A stretch of 64,000 nucleotides of DNA, from NCBI RefSeq assembly GCF_022045235.1, contig NW_027266319.1, positions 41,044,001-41,108,000 of the forward strand. The letters are read 5' to 3'. This stretch comes from Haliotis cracherodii (lineage: Eukaryota). The notes below the pieces were generated by a model. The model searched no databases. It was not told the DNA's origin and worked only from the letters and a program-made list of their open reading frames with translations. Positions 26,780 to 39,306 of this stretch are shown here, piece after piece. The number at the start of each line of letters is the position of its first letter. The first letter of the stretch is position 1. Both the position numbers and the translations under genes were made by a program.

Positions 26780-27040
26780 CTTGAGTGAGTTGAGTTTAAC
26801 GCCGCTTTGAACCATACTCCAGTTACATCATGGCGTGTCAGCTAAGGTGAGAGGAAATCCGGAAGTGATGCAGGTCAGAGACGTTGACGACATTGATTAA
26901 ACCCATGAGCATGGGTATGGTAATGAGAAACATAAACATAAACAGGGCGACCAGGGATTCAAACCGACGATCATGGGTTTCTGTTCTGGCCAAGGGACGC
27001 GACTCTGCACAGCGAATGTCCGGAGCTTTGTACAATTGGA
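26780..27040 (-). mobile_element. tRNA-derived SINE, family B
   Basis: Reverse complement of 27888-28160; other copies near 15945-16100, 19543-19730, 32090-32450, 37340-37590, 38740-38960 and 48130-48270. Confidence 0.75.
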
Positions 27041-27887
27041 TAAGCTGAGGATAAATATAGTTACAAGATTAATGAAAATAGAAGCAATCAATTCTAATGG
27101 AGACTTTTTCTGGTCACATGGGGGTGTGTGAGACCCAGTGATCTGAGACGTCGACAACTGCTGTGTCAATTGTGGGTTCAAATAACAGACCTAATTCGAT
27201 CCGTGGAATAATAACACTAGCGCCCCATGAACGTGAGTGTCGCCAATTAAAGTAAAAAGAGTCTGGTACCAAGCTTGATATTTTTGCAATGCAATTATTC
27301 AAAGAGGCGTAAAACGCAAACCATTCACCCACCCAGTCACTCACAAGCATATGTACTTGTTAAATCCTTACGCTGTTAAAATCGAGTGAAACCTGTGTAT
27401 GTAAACTTTACTTCAGAAACTAAAAACTAAAAAAAGCAACATTTCTTTTGAAGTAAGTTGATTAAAAACCTTGACCCACTGGTGATGTGGTGATGCTAAA
27501 GACTGTTGTTTTCGATAACAATTTATACTTTATTTATTTATGAACGTTTTTCTCAAATATCAAATTTCATTTTCAATCTGTATAAGAAAATCATTTATTT
27601 TTTAAAGTTTGATTGTTAAGAAATGGGGAGAACTCACGAAAGGATATGTAACCTTGATTAACTTGAGCTAGAACGTACGGCTCACTTAAACGCAATTTAA
27701 TGGAAGAATTTGAAACCCCGTTTGGAAAGGCATAATAGAATCAGTCAGATTTATTCAATAAACTAGCAATTCCGTTCGGAAGGTGAATGACTATTTACGA
27801 GGCAACGCAGTAGCCACCGTCATCAATAAAGGGACAAATACTGAGATTTCAATGCTCGAAAATAAGAGTGACTTCTAGGGACATGTG

Positions 27888-28160
27888 GGGGCACTGGTGG
27901 CCCAGTCGTCTGTGCGATTCGCTGTGCAGAGTCGCGTCCCTTGGGCACGCCAGAAACCTATGATTGTGGGTTGGAATCCAAGTTCACGTCGATTATGTTT
28001 CTAGGTTTGTCAGCACCATACCCCTGCTCGTGGGTTTCACTGAAGTGGTAAACGTGTGAGATCTGCATCACTTCGGGCTTTCCTCCTACATTAAGCTGAG
28101 ACGCCGCGATATAACTGTAATACTGTTAAAAGCGGCGTTAACCCAACTCACTCACACACT
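27888..28160 (+). mobile_element. tRNA(Leu)-like SINE, family B, inserted in the locus 6 promoter
   Basis: A-box tggcccagtcg, B-box ggttggaatcc, long variable-arm-like segment, tail aaaagcggcgttaa...actcactcac. Confidence 0.75.
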
Positions 28161-28171
28161 CTTGTATATAG

Positions 28172-28326
28172 GGATCGGTCGGGTAGCCTAGTGGTTAAAG
28201 CGTTCGCTCGTCACGCCGAAGACCTGGGTACAATGTGTGTAGCCCATTTCTGGTGTCCCCCGCCGTGATATTGCTGGAATATTGCTAAAAGCGGCGTAAA
28301 ACCATACTCATTCACTCACTCACTCA
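28172..28326 (+). mobile_element. tRNA(Asp)-like SINE, family A
   Basis: tagcctagtggttaaagcgttcgctcgtcacgccgaagacc; (ACTC)n tail; TSD ctcttgtatatag at 28159-28171 and 28327-28339. Confidence 0.85.
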
Positions 28327-28467
28327 CTCTTGTATATAGCAGTAAACCACATGACTACTTTGGACCAATGAACTCAGTGTCATTTTATGATCCTGTTACT
28401 TTGTAGACATATACATAAGCAGGTCGTAATAAGTTTGAGACACTTTGTCTTGAAGGTAAATCTCAAA

Positions 28468-30359
28468 ATGGTAGAACAACCGATTATCAATTTGTTGAAC
28501 GGAGATCCTGACAACATCAACGAACATGTGAAAGTAAATGAATATATGCTCATATTTACATTATGAGAATAAATGTAACCTGTAAATTAACAACGCAATT
28601 AATTGATTATAGATAAACCAATAAATATTAAGGGAACCGATGTTTTGAATGTAGCTATCGTTGTGGTGGACATGTAAAATACCATGGCGTTGCATCTGAA
28701 CGCACCTCTAATCACAATGATATTTCACATCATGCATGCACGTTCATGCAGAAGCCAAAGTGTGTACGCCAGAGATTAGGGGTGGTGGGGTAGCCTAGTG
28801 GTTAAACCGTTCCCTCGTCACACCAAAGGCCTGGGTTCGATTCTCCACATGAGTACAATGTGTGAAGCCCATTTCCGGTGTCCTCCGCCGTGTAATTGCT
28901 GGAATATTGCTAAAAGCGGCGAAAAACCATACTCAATTACAGCATACAATCATTAATGCAATGAGCTGAGCACACGCTTAAAAATACCTCCGAGACAGTA
29001 TCTCAATGAACAGACAAAATGGAGGTGGGACATGTACTGTCAAACGGTTGAGGCTGCAATGAGACCTGGGCGTGGCAGGCCTAAAAAACCGACACCTAAA
29101 CAATGTCGTCTCATTACATTAATTGACCCACACAATAGATTAAAATCTTGGCGTTCTCTGAAAGGTGTGGCACTAAACAGCTTGGGGTGGGTAAGGCAAC
29201 ACCAGAGACCAGCTGTGCACCAATGGCGTTACTTAATGTACAGAGTTCAATCAAGGTTTTACCCTCGATTCACAGATGGCAGAAGACATTGCTGGCGACG
29301 TAGCGGCGAATGTTATACCAGGGCAAAAATTCTTGAAAGCGGTAGTTACTTGGTGTGTGGTGGCATCACACATGAAGATCTTGTTTTTCTGAATGGACAC
29401 TTGACTAACCAGCAATAAGTTGACACAAGTTTCATTCGCTAGAGTTATCGGCCGAAATTTGTAACTGCAAATGGCAATGTCTGACCACATCGTGGCCAGG
29501 TCGTCAACGATTATCACAGACGTGGAGGCATTCGTACTTTGGACAGGCCCGATAAGTCGCCTGACATATCCCCAAAAGAGCATCTGAGGGGTATTTCTAT
29601 GCGGAGTGGCACAGATTGGGGTGGCTCTTCAATGGCGGGCAATACCAATACTATCAACACTATACCAACAAGGTGTCGTGCATGTATCTCCCAACATGCT
29701 GGACACACCAGATATTGATCTTCAAGCTCGAAATTAGGTTTAGAGACATCTTCACTGTCATTTCATCAGTTCCCTAAAGTTTTGCCGGCAGTATTCTTTA
29801 ATATCTTCATACCTGGTATAGGAACATTTTCTTGTGAGAAGCTCACGAACACATGAACACATACACACACGACAATGGTTGAATCATAAAAGATAGGTAA
29901 TTCTATTTTTTCCATCCAATGTGTTTCGAGTGATTGGTACGAAAACATTAAGAAATAGTCCTAAAAGATAGAGTTTTTCGTTTTTTAGGGGCGGTGGTGG
30001 TTAAAGCGTTCGCTGGTCACGCCAAAGACTCACTCACTTAATTTTGGACATGGCTTTGTTGTGGTGTAATCATGACAACCAATATTGATAAAAAGCACAC
30101 CATATTATATAAAACGACAACTATAATACGACACAATTCGTTTCCTTTGACTAAAATATACTGCATAAAATAGTTATGAACATATCAGATAACTTGTGCG
30201 TTCTAACTAACGTTTCCTCCTCAGCGCCTGTTTGAGGATGACTTAGAGGAGCCCGAAGGTGTCCACAGCATTGGCAAGTCCAAGTCAAACAACAACGCAA
30301 TCTCGAACAAGCCTGGCATTCCAAATGGTGAAACATCAGTGCAAAATGAATCTGGGTGA
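28468..30359 (+). pseudogene. Truncated caveolin, locus 6 (probable pseudogene; 66-aa ORF if spliced); exons 28468-28533 and 30225-30359
   Basis: Diverged exon 1 MVEQPIINLLNGDPDNINEHVK|GTAAAT. Exon 2 remnant RLFEDDLEEPEGVHSIG is joined directly to the exon end (caagtcaaacaa); about 255 nt coding the scaffolding and membrane regions are missing, and the frame runs on into former 3'UTR. Confidence 0.85.
28611..29793 (+). mobile_element. Tc1 family 2 copy at the equivalent position in the locus 6 intron, with a nested SINE at 28778-28935
   Basis: RPGRGRPKKPT...SRFYPRFTDGRRHCWRRSGECY; same 3' terminus and flank (ggcagtattctttaatatct) as locus 5. Confidence 0.8.
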
Positions 30360-30944
30360 CTCTAGCACACATTGTCTTTAATGGGAATGTCAAGTGAAAT
30401 AAAAGCACAGTAATCTTGGTTGGTTGGTTGGTTTGCTGTTTAACGCCACGTCCGAGGCTTCATGACTGTCACAATGTTTTGTTTGGTAACTTGTTTTAAA
30501 AAGATAAATGGTTTTCCACATAAATCACTTACTTTCATTGCTAGACATTAATGTGTTTTCCTGTAGTTTCACCTCAATACAAAAAATCCATTTTATTGGA
30601 CATCAAATTCGTAGTGAAACCTTTGGAATAAACCTCTTTTGACACTTTCTTCTCAATTAGTTTTGATGTTCGATTGTTATGAAAAGAGAAATCACTAAGC
30701 AATATGTAACATTGATTTACTTGAACACATATGCACAGTCTGACGGATTCAGGTGACACCCAAAATGTATAGGCACAATAGCATCTGTCAGATTTATTCA
30801 AAGGCCTATACCAGGGTGTTCAATAAAATAGCAATTCCGCGACTCTATTTACGGGGCAACGCAGTAACCACCGTCATCAATAAAGAAACAAACGCTGAGA
30901 TTTCAATACCCGAAAATAAGAGAGACTTCTCTATAGCAGTCAAC

Positions 30945-30966
30945 CACATGACTACTTTGGACCAAT
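30945..30966 (+). promoter_or_regulatory. E-box-N11-CCAAT module, locus 7
   Basis: CACATG-actactttgga-CCAAT. Confidence 0.7.
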
Positions 30967-31122
30967 GAACTCAGTGCCAGTGTATGATCCTGTAACTATG
31001 TGAACATATGCATAAGGAGGTCGAAGTGAGTTTGAGACACTTTGCCTTGAAGTGCGCCAGAGAGTAGCAGGGAACCGTTTGCTCCAAAGTATCGCCCTTT
31101 AGGAAAGTCATCTTGTTTCACA

Positions 31123-32948
31123 ATGGCAGAACAATCTACAATCGATTTGGAGAACCGAGATCCTAACAACATCAACGACCATTTGAAGGTAACTGAATCC
31201 ATGCTTATGTGTATGCACCACATTATGTGAAAATGTATCTGTTAATTTAATATTAATTGAATATAAATACTTTAATATCTTTATATCATCTTTATATCAT
31301 TTCTCGTGAACATATGCAAATACGACAATGGTGTTTCATACATGTAAATATGTGCCCTATCATTGTTTGAGATGTATGTTCCCCAAATTACATACATCGT
31401 TTGAAAAGATACTGAATTTATGGAAGCGTATTATTGCCACAGTCTAACACTAACATCTACGTACATAATACTTTCATCTACGTATCGATGTTACTTATAT
31501 TTACGTAGATGGTACTATAATCTACTAAGATGGTGTTTTCGGAGACGATTCGTTTGACCTTCTACCTTTCTAAACATTGCATAAAGTAAATCTTTCAATG
31601 TGTTGAAGTTACTGGAGAATGACACACTCTCTTACAGCCGTAATAAAGAGAGGAGAGCACGAAATGTTGTCCAAACTACAAGCAAAGAACAATAGGTTAT
31701 TATTCAAAGTTTTAGCGAAGTAATATATCAACCATAACATGGTTAAAGATGGAGAAATCTCTACTCGAATATGATTTCTCCATTACGGAAATTGGGTTTA
31801 GAGGTTAAAGTTGAATATGAAGGAGTGATAATCACTCAAACTATGAAAACTATAAAATCTATATCAAACCAATACTCATCATCATCCCATGAAACAATGA
31901 AACACTTTTATTTTAGTGTTTGATTGACATTTTGAATGATCTCAGTAAGTTGTAAAAACACGGAAAAGGCGAAATAAATATAAACAACCATCATGCTCCC
32001 TAACATTTAATTTAATTAACAGTAACTAAGTAAACACCTTTATTTGATTTATTAATGTTTGTTTAAACTATTATCAAGCTGGGGTCGCAACTAAGTGATG
32101 CAGGTCTCAGACGTTTGCCAATTTTGTGAAATCTACGAGCACGGGTATGGTGCTGAAGAACCTAGAAACTTAATAGGGGCTAACCGGGATTTGAACTCAC
32201 GATCATATGTTTCTGAGTGAGTGAGTATTGTTTTACGCCGCTTTTAGCAATATTCCAGCAATATCACGGCGGGGGACACCAGAAAATGGGCTTCACACAT
32301 TGTATCCATGTCGGGAATCGAACCCGGGTCTTCGGCGTGACGAGCGAACGCTTTAACCACTAGGCTACCCGACCGCCCCTCATAGGTTTCTGACGTGCCC
32401 AAGGGATGCAACTCTGCACAGAAATTTGCGGAGCCTTAAACCACTGGAAAAAGCTGATGACAAGTACCAATGTACTAACAGTTTAGTTCAATAAAATAAA
32501 AAGCAATCTATCCATCTGTGTCACTAAATATTCCTTTGACTAAAATATACCGTAGAGTACAATTCACATATCACATTACCTAATGCGTTCTTACCGACGT
32601 TTCCTATTTTACAACCCACAGGTCCAGTTTGAGGATGTCTTGGCTGAGCCCGAAGGTGCCCACAGCATTGACTGCTGCTGGAAGTTTACCAACACATGCT
32701 TCAACTGCGCCTTCAAATGCTGCTACATGTTGATGACCCTTTGTGGTCCTCTCTACGGCCTCTACTACGGTTGGAGTTACGCCATGCTTGCCTGTGCTCA
32801 CGTGTGGCAGTACACACCACAGATCAGAGCTTGCGAAATTAATTGCATCATGTTCAGGAAAATATACACCATCTGCCTCAACTGCTGCCTGACGCCATGC
32901 TGCGAGTCCTGTGGTGCCTTCTTCAGCAAGATTCAAGTCAAACAATAA
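31123..32948 (+). CDS. CAV: Caveolin, locus 7, 130 aa; exons 31123-31188 and 32622-32948
   Basis: MAEQSTIDLENRDPNNINDHLK|GT...CCCACAG|VQFEDVLAEP...FSKIQVKQ*; AATAAA at 33346. Confidence 0.95.
32217..32379 (-). mobile_element. Full-length family A SINE nested in a family B SINE (locus 7 intron)
   Basis: A-box TAGCCTAGTGG, B-box GGTTCGATTCC; 14-bp TSD tcata(t/g)gtttctga at 32203-32216 and 32380-32393. Confidence 0.9.
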
Positions 32949-33619
32949 CACAGACACAATATGGAAGTATCCTGGCGTTCTTACACAAAGTGAAACATCA
33001 AAGAAAGACTGATCTGGATGATTCAAACACACATTGCCTTTAATGTGAACATGTTAAACTGTCTATTCTGGAAACGTTTTGTGAAGAAACACTAAGTGCG
33101 CCCATGTTTCGCCACAACATCGCACGCGTGTTCCGGGAGGAGAGACACCTATTACACTGTCCAACACCCTCTCTTCGGGTTATCTTCTTTTTAACTTTCG
33201 TCTCGGATATTCAGCGCCTTATGTTTATATTTCGACTGTGGCAGAAACAAGGGACATATCCTCGTGGTCTGGATTCTTTGTTTGATAAAGAAGAACTTGA
33301 TCCCAGTATTATATTGTATATATGCATGTTCGCATTGCTGTGATAAATAAACCATCTTTTATACGGTATATTATCTGTTTCTTTGACCTTTTGTGTGTCC
33401 CATTCCACAAGGACAAAATATAGTTTATTGTAGTGAATGTGATGAGTGATGTGTGATGACACAATCGTCATGGCCTTCATATTCAGTACGCTGCTTACAC
33501 TCACTCTAATCAGAGGCACAATGCAGGTATTTCACAACATGAGGGGCGATCGGGTAGCCTAGTGGTTAACCGCGGCGCTGTATCTAAAAGCTATACAAAC
33601 CATTTCCAAAATTATAAGA

Positions 33620-34015
33620 AATCTCTGCCAAAAGTAGAGTTCATTGTACGCTTCCGACTATGGCGTAGGCATATGTTTATGAATCACTATCAAATAGTGA
33701 TTATACCAGGTGGCACCCGTCACAAACACAAGCAATAACAAGTCAGTTGACCACCTGAAAATCACGGGAACATATATATGGTATAAGTCAAAATAAGGAA
33801 TTTTTGACTTGAGCGAAATGGCCTCCACATGTCCACACAGTTGGACAAGAGACGTATGAAAGAGCTTACTCAGTTGGGAAAAGTTTTGAAAAGTTGTGGG
33901 GCAAGATACACTCACCTTTTCATGAACACCTGGTATCATCACTGTTTGATAGTGAGTTATATACACATGCTCATGATAAAGTCGGAATCGTACGACCGTC
34001 TCTACTTTTAGGTGT
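33620..34015. mobile_element. MITE-like element with ~70-bp inverted arms; related fragments near 6230-6480 and 10860-11110
   Basis: gtacgcttccgact...cactatcaaatagtgattataccaggtg versus cacctggtatcatcactgtttgatagtga...agtcggaatcgtac. Confidence 0.65.
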
Positions 34016-34554
34016 TTGCCACTTTTACTGTACAGACATATTTTACAGGATATAAAAAAACTACTTGGTAAAAGAATATCCAAAAATAATAATATTAATA
34101 AAGTAATAAATTTATTCTTATCACATACCAATCCCGTTCGCTAAATATGAATTTGAAGTTTGTGGTAATATTGGATATATCTATAGGTTGGTGCACGAGC
34201 ATGATGTTAAATATACATTTCAATATGATCAGACATCAAGGTCCAAGTGCTGGTATCTGTCCAGATAATAGATAAAATTAGTTGGCTTAAGCACTTAAAA
34301 AGTCCACACGAAGCAGTTTAACTCTATTAATGAACACTGTGAGCCCCATCTTACACTCCATCCTCCACACCAACCCATCCACCCCACTGCATGATGCACG
34401 CATTTGTTCTTCGCGCCGATTTGTTGACCGTGTCATGATATTACATGTCCACAAATTAAAGACGGCTTAATGAAACAACTAACAGCTTTTCCCCAAATAA
34501 AGCCATGATCAAGAAAAGAGTAATGTTTTCCTATTTTTCATTTGTCTCAAACTA

Positions 34555-34727
34555 CAGTAAACTACGTTAATAACGAACACGCTTATAACGAACTGACGGA
34601 TATAACGAACTATTTTTAGTCCCGACCAATTGTTGTATATATGCTGTATGTAAGCATATAACGAACTACGGTTATTCCAAACTAAAATTAGTGGTCCCCT
34701 CGAGTTCGTCATAATCGTAGTCTACTG
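34555..34727. mobile_element. pogo/Tigger-like MITE
   Basis: TA|CAGTAAACTACGTTAATAACGAAC...GTTCGTCATAATCGTAGTCTACTG|TA; internal ataacgaac repeats. Confidence 0.8.
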
Positions 34728-36632
34728 TACTTTAACTCGCTCTCAGGTATGTTGAAGCGTATCATGCAAGACTTTCCACTAGCAGTTATTTCATCTCACA
34801 AACCTTTTCAGATTTTTAGTATTGAACAAAGCAATAACAAAATCAAGTATTAGTCTCGATTTTACAAAATATATTATGGTCATTGCAACAAAGGTTCAAC
34901 CATATCCATGAAATGACTGGNNNNNNNNNNNNNNNNNNNNNNNNNNNNNNNNNNNNNNNNNNNNNNNNNNNNNNNNNNNNNNNNNNNNNNNNNNNNNNNN
35001 NNNNNNNNNNNNNNNNNNNNNNNNNNNNNNNNNNNNNNNNNNNNNNNNNNNNNNNNNNNNNNNNNNNNNNNNNNNNNNNNNNNNNNNNNNNNNNNNNNNN
35101 NNNNNNNNNNNNNNNNGAAAGTTTTTTCTATTGATTAGGTGTATGATGTTTATTTGTTCAGGATCTCTCATGCTTCTCTATGGTCCAGAGGATAAAGATG
35201 TAGACTTGATTTCCAGTAAGGTTGCTGGTTGTGAGTTCAAACCCAGGTATCAGCAATGAGTTTTTTGTATAATCTGAAATGTATATTGAAGCCTCAGTTT
35301 CACTTCTTCCTGTCATGTGATCAGGTGTGAGCACACAATCTCCATGCATTAGATGTACTTGTGCTGTGTGATCCTCCATGTTGCCTGCCGATTGTCACAG
35401 TCTGTATGAAAGTATGTTGGAGCACAAATATAAGTTTTCTTTTTGTATTTCTGACATTTTGTGATGATAGGTAAATGCATTTATATGCTATTGTACTTCT
35501 TAAGATGAAAAAGTGAAATTAATGCATACATTTTAAGAAATGTCAAAAACATGTTTATATAGAAAGTTAAGGTCTAAATGTCACAAACTAAATTTCTTTT
35601 ACTTTGTATTGTAGTTTTCTAAACCTCGTCACCTCGTCACTTCGTCACTGGAGGCATCATTTCAATGTTAACAGTTCGTGATGCAAACGAAACTTTCAGT
35701 GTGAAACGTTTAACGATATGACACTGACAATAAATTCCCTGTGATGCGAGCGTTTCAGAGTNNNNNNNNNNNNNNNNNNNNNNNNNNNNNNNNNNNNNNN
35801 NNNNNNNNNNNNNNNNNNNNNNNNNNNNNNNNNNNNNNNNNNNNNNNNNNNNNNNNNNNNNNNNNNNNNNNNNNNNNNNNNNNNNNNNNNNNNNNNNNNN
35901 NNNNNNNNNNNNNGTCCATCATCTTCTTTATATCAGTTTCATACATACTGTTACATGTACACCGAGTGAACATTTACCTCATTTTTGTATATATATATAT
36001 ATACGGCAAAGAAGTGGGGGACGCATGTGCATTTCAACTCACGTGCATCGGGTTACCATGGCCGTTTCTGTGATGCGTTTGGGCGATCGGTTTTATTGTC
36101 ATCTGCGTTGTTTTTTTATTATAAAATTTCATTTTTCCGGACAAGATAATGTTAAATTTGAGAAACTTTGACAAAAATTACCCAGATATTTAAATGACAA
36201 CTTTTTATGCAATGTTACTTAGGGTGAAGTTTCTTTTTGTTGTTCAGTATATATATATTTGTGTAAATGTTTAAACTGTACATGCAAAGCCGGTTTTGAT
36301 GGTAATATTGGAAAGAACTGCAGATTGTTGTAGCTGTACCCTGAAATAAACGAAGTCTGACGGAACTGAGAACACAACATAACCAGTGAACGGCTCTCTA
36401 TACGAAGCTAAGATTTACTTTCGGTTTCACTATAGATCGTATTCAATTAAATTTCAATGGCTGGAAAAAAGTTTTCCTAAACACGTATGGTATTCAGGTA
36501 TGACAGTGTTTGACCCTGTAGTTAGGTAGGTAGTATATGGTGTTTATCGCAGGCAGCACAGTGACGGTACCGTTTGGCCCGTAGCAGCAACCGTAGGAAT
36601 TACTGTCTGTTAAGAAAGGCTACTATTACAAA

Positions 36633-37953
36633 ATGGCAGAAATTGATTTGGTAAGCCGATATCCAAACAACATCAACGACCATTTGAAGGTAACAATATT
36701 CATACTTATCCATGATTTTCTGCGCATTTAAATCACTCCAGGTTTTTCTTATTCGAATCTCTTTCATCAAAAGAAAGGACAAGTGTTTATGAAAGTTTGT
36801 TGCAAAAGAACACTATCGCTGATCGTACGTCTCTTTAGAATACTGTTTTACAAAAGTTCATTTGTCACATTAAATAAATTTTTATTTAGGCCTTTTCTTT
36901 AAAAGCCAAGCACAGCCAATCTGACCATACATTTATACTAGGGGCCGGCAAGTTGATATTGGGGAGCTGGAATTCATTTTTTTAAAAACAAAGCTTATAT
37001 ATTATATACATTTATATTATATTTTTCCTCTGTTTCGTTAAAGAGCGTTAACTGAACTTATTCAGTGTTTAATACTCAGCATTGAGCTTTTGAGGAGAAA
37101 AGGTAAAAATTGTTTTGCTTCAACTTTCAAAGGCAAGCAATGGAAAAAACAAAAAATTCATTTACGACTGCTGTGTACATAATCTGCTTTCGAGAAAATT
37201 TAAACGTTGAAGAAACAATGTGGGAGTCCGGGTGTTATTCGGGGGTATGGGTGGTGGTGGTGTGTGTGTGTGTGAATCATTCACTTGTCATGTCAAGGAA
37301 CATGGTTGCTTTCCGATATGGTTGTCACTCACCCACTCACTCACAGAGAGAAAGTGGGTGGGTTTGGTTTAACGCCGCTTTGAGCAGTATTCCAGTTACA
37401 TCCCTGCGTTTCATGATGAAGGTTCAGACGTTTACCAGGTTGGTGAAAGCCACCAGTACGGGCATGGTGCTTACAACCTATTAACATAATCGGGGCAAAC
37501 CGGGATTCGAATTCACAATCACAGATTTCTTGGACCCAACTCTGTGCAGCGAACTGCATCGCTTTAGACGACTGGATCCCCGTGGCCCCCGATATTACTA
37601 TGAAGTGGATGTAGATAGCAAAAATATTTGTTACGATAAATGGTGTCGAATCATTTCTTAATGCAAAACCTATATAATTTATCAAGAAGTATTAAAAAAA
37701 CCCGTTTCCTTCGACTAAAATATACTGTAAAATATAATTTACAAATGTAAAAAGTTCACATAACCTAACGCGTTCTAACTGACGTTTCCTATTTTACAAC
37801 CCACAGGTCAAGTTTGAGGATGTCTTGGCGGAGCCCGAAGGTGTCCACAGCATTGGCAAGTCCATGTCAAACAACAACGCAGACTCAATCTCGAACAAGC
37901 CTGGCATTCCAAATGGTGAAACATCAGTGCAAAATGGACCTGGGCGACTCTAG
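36633..37953 (+). pseudogene. Truncated caveolin, locus 8 (probable pseudogene; 67-aa ORF if spliced); exons 36633-36689 and 37807-37953
   Basis: Exon 1 MAEIDLVSRYPNNINDHLK|GT. Intact acceptor CCCACAG, then VKFEDVLAEPEGVHSIGKSMSNNNADSISNKPGIPNGETSVQNGPGRL*. Same deletion junction (cagcattg|gcaagtcca) as locus 6. Confidence 0.85.
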
Positions 37954-39127
37954 CACACAATGCCTTTAATAGGAATATGTTCTCCTTGTCAAGTCAAATA
38001 AAAGCATTGTAATCTTGGTCGGCTGGTTGGTTTGTTGTTTAACGCCGAGGCTTCATGACTGTCACAATGTTTTTTTTGGTAACTTGTTTTTAAAAAAAAA
38101 TGTTCTTTCCACATAAATCACTTTCTTTCATTGCTAGATATTAATGTGTTTTCCTGTAGTTTCACCTCAATACAAAACATCCCTAACTTCATTGCACAGA
38201 ATATATTAAATTCGTAGTGAAACCTTTGGAGATAAACCTCTTTTGACACTTCCATCACATTTTGAACTGAATTTTGTGCTTACATTTTTTCTGACTTTAA
38301 GTAAGGTTCATGGCATCGTTATCTCAATTTTCAGTGTTTTCATCCCCCTACCTGACTGCAATCTGGCTGCTATCAGGCTCTTACGTCCTTTTTATCCGGG
38401 CGATATCCATCTGCTACGGGGCTGCTAGCCAGCTGCTAGCCAGCTGCTAGCAAGCTGCCATCGAGATGGTTCGTGTAATGTCCGGCACTCAACAAACTAT
38501 GTGCAGAATACAGAGGGAACACCCATTACCTACTTTATGTGTACAGAATGAATTTGTGCATACAACCCGATATTTGGCACTCCATACTATAACACTTTAT
38601 TCGTAGTTTGTTAACATGACGCATTTCTACTGGACACAGATGACACATAATTTGCCAAAGTTGTAGAGTTCACATAATGTATTCCGTCAATGCAGTTGTG
38701 GTCGAGTGGCAGGTGTAAGCCTGAAGTCTTATGACCTTGTGGGTGAGCGCCACTTTAAACAATAGGTCACTCACATCATGGCGTGTCAGGGAATAGTGGG
38801 GCAAAACCCAAGTGATGCTGGTCGGTTAGCACTTTTGTGAAACCCACTAGCATGCGCATACTAGGGTTCGAACCCACGACCATAGGTTTCTGGTAGCCTA
38901 AGAGATGTAACTGCACAGCGAATTATGGCGCCTTAGACGGCTGGGCAACACATGCTTCCTGAAAAGATATTAAAAAGTTGAAAACACAATGGCTCACGCA
39001 AGAGTGATCAGCAGTTGAATGCTCGGAATAAATGTCTTTATGCACAGGTTAAGAATAGCCCCGTCTTTGTTATATCTACAGTCATGAGGGATTTACCTTT
39101 GGAGACAATTGATGTCTTTTTTGTCAC

Positions 39128-39149
39128 CACGTGACTAATCGTGGCCAAT
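39128..39149 (+). promoter_or_regulatory. E-box-N11-CCAAT module, locus 9
   Basis: CACGTG-actaatcgtgg-CCAAT. Confidence 0.7.
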
Positions 39150-39306
39150 AGAAAACATGACTGACACTCGCTGATATAATGACAGTGTCTGGTGATGTAG
39201 TTAAGTAAACGAACCTGTCGTTATGTACACATATACAAAATGTACGTTTTAACACACCTATGCCACTTTACTTTTGGGACTGTGCCGGTTGTATCCTGTT
39301 GAAAAA

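Noticed and set aside
32217-32379. tRNA-Asp-, Leu- and Pro-like sequences as tRNA genes
   Set aside because: No closed acceptor stem; followed by SINE bodies, simple-repeat tails and TSDs.
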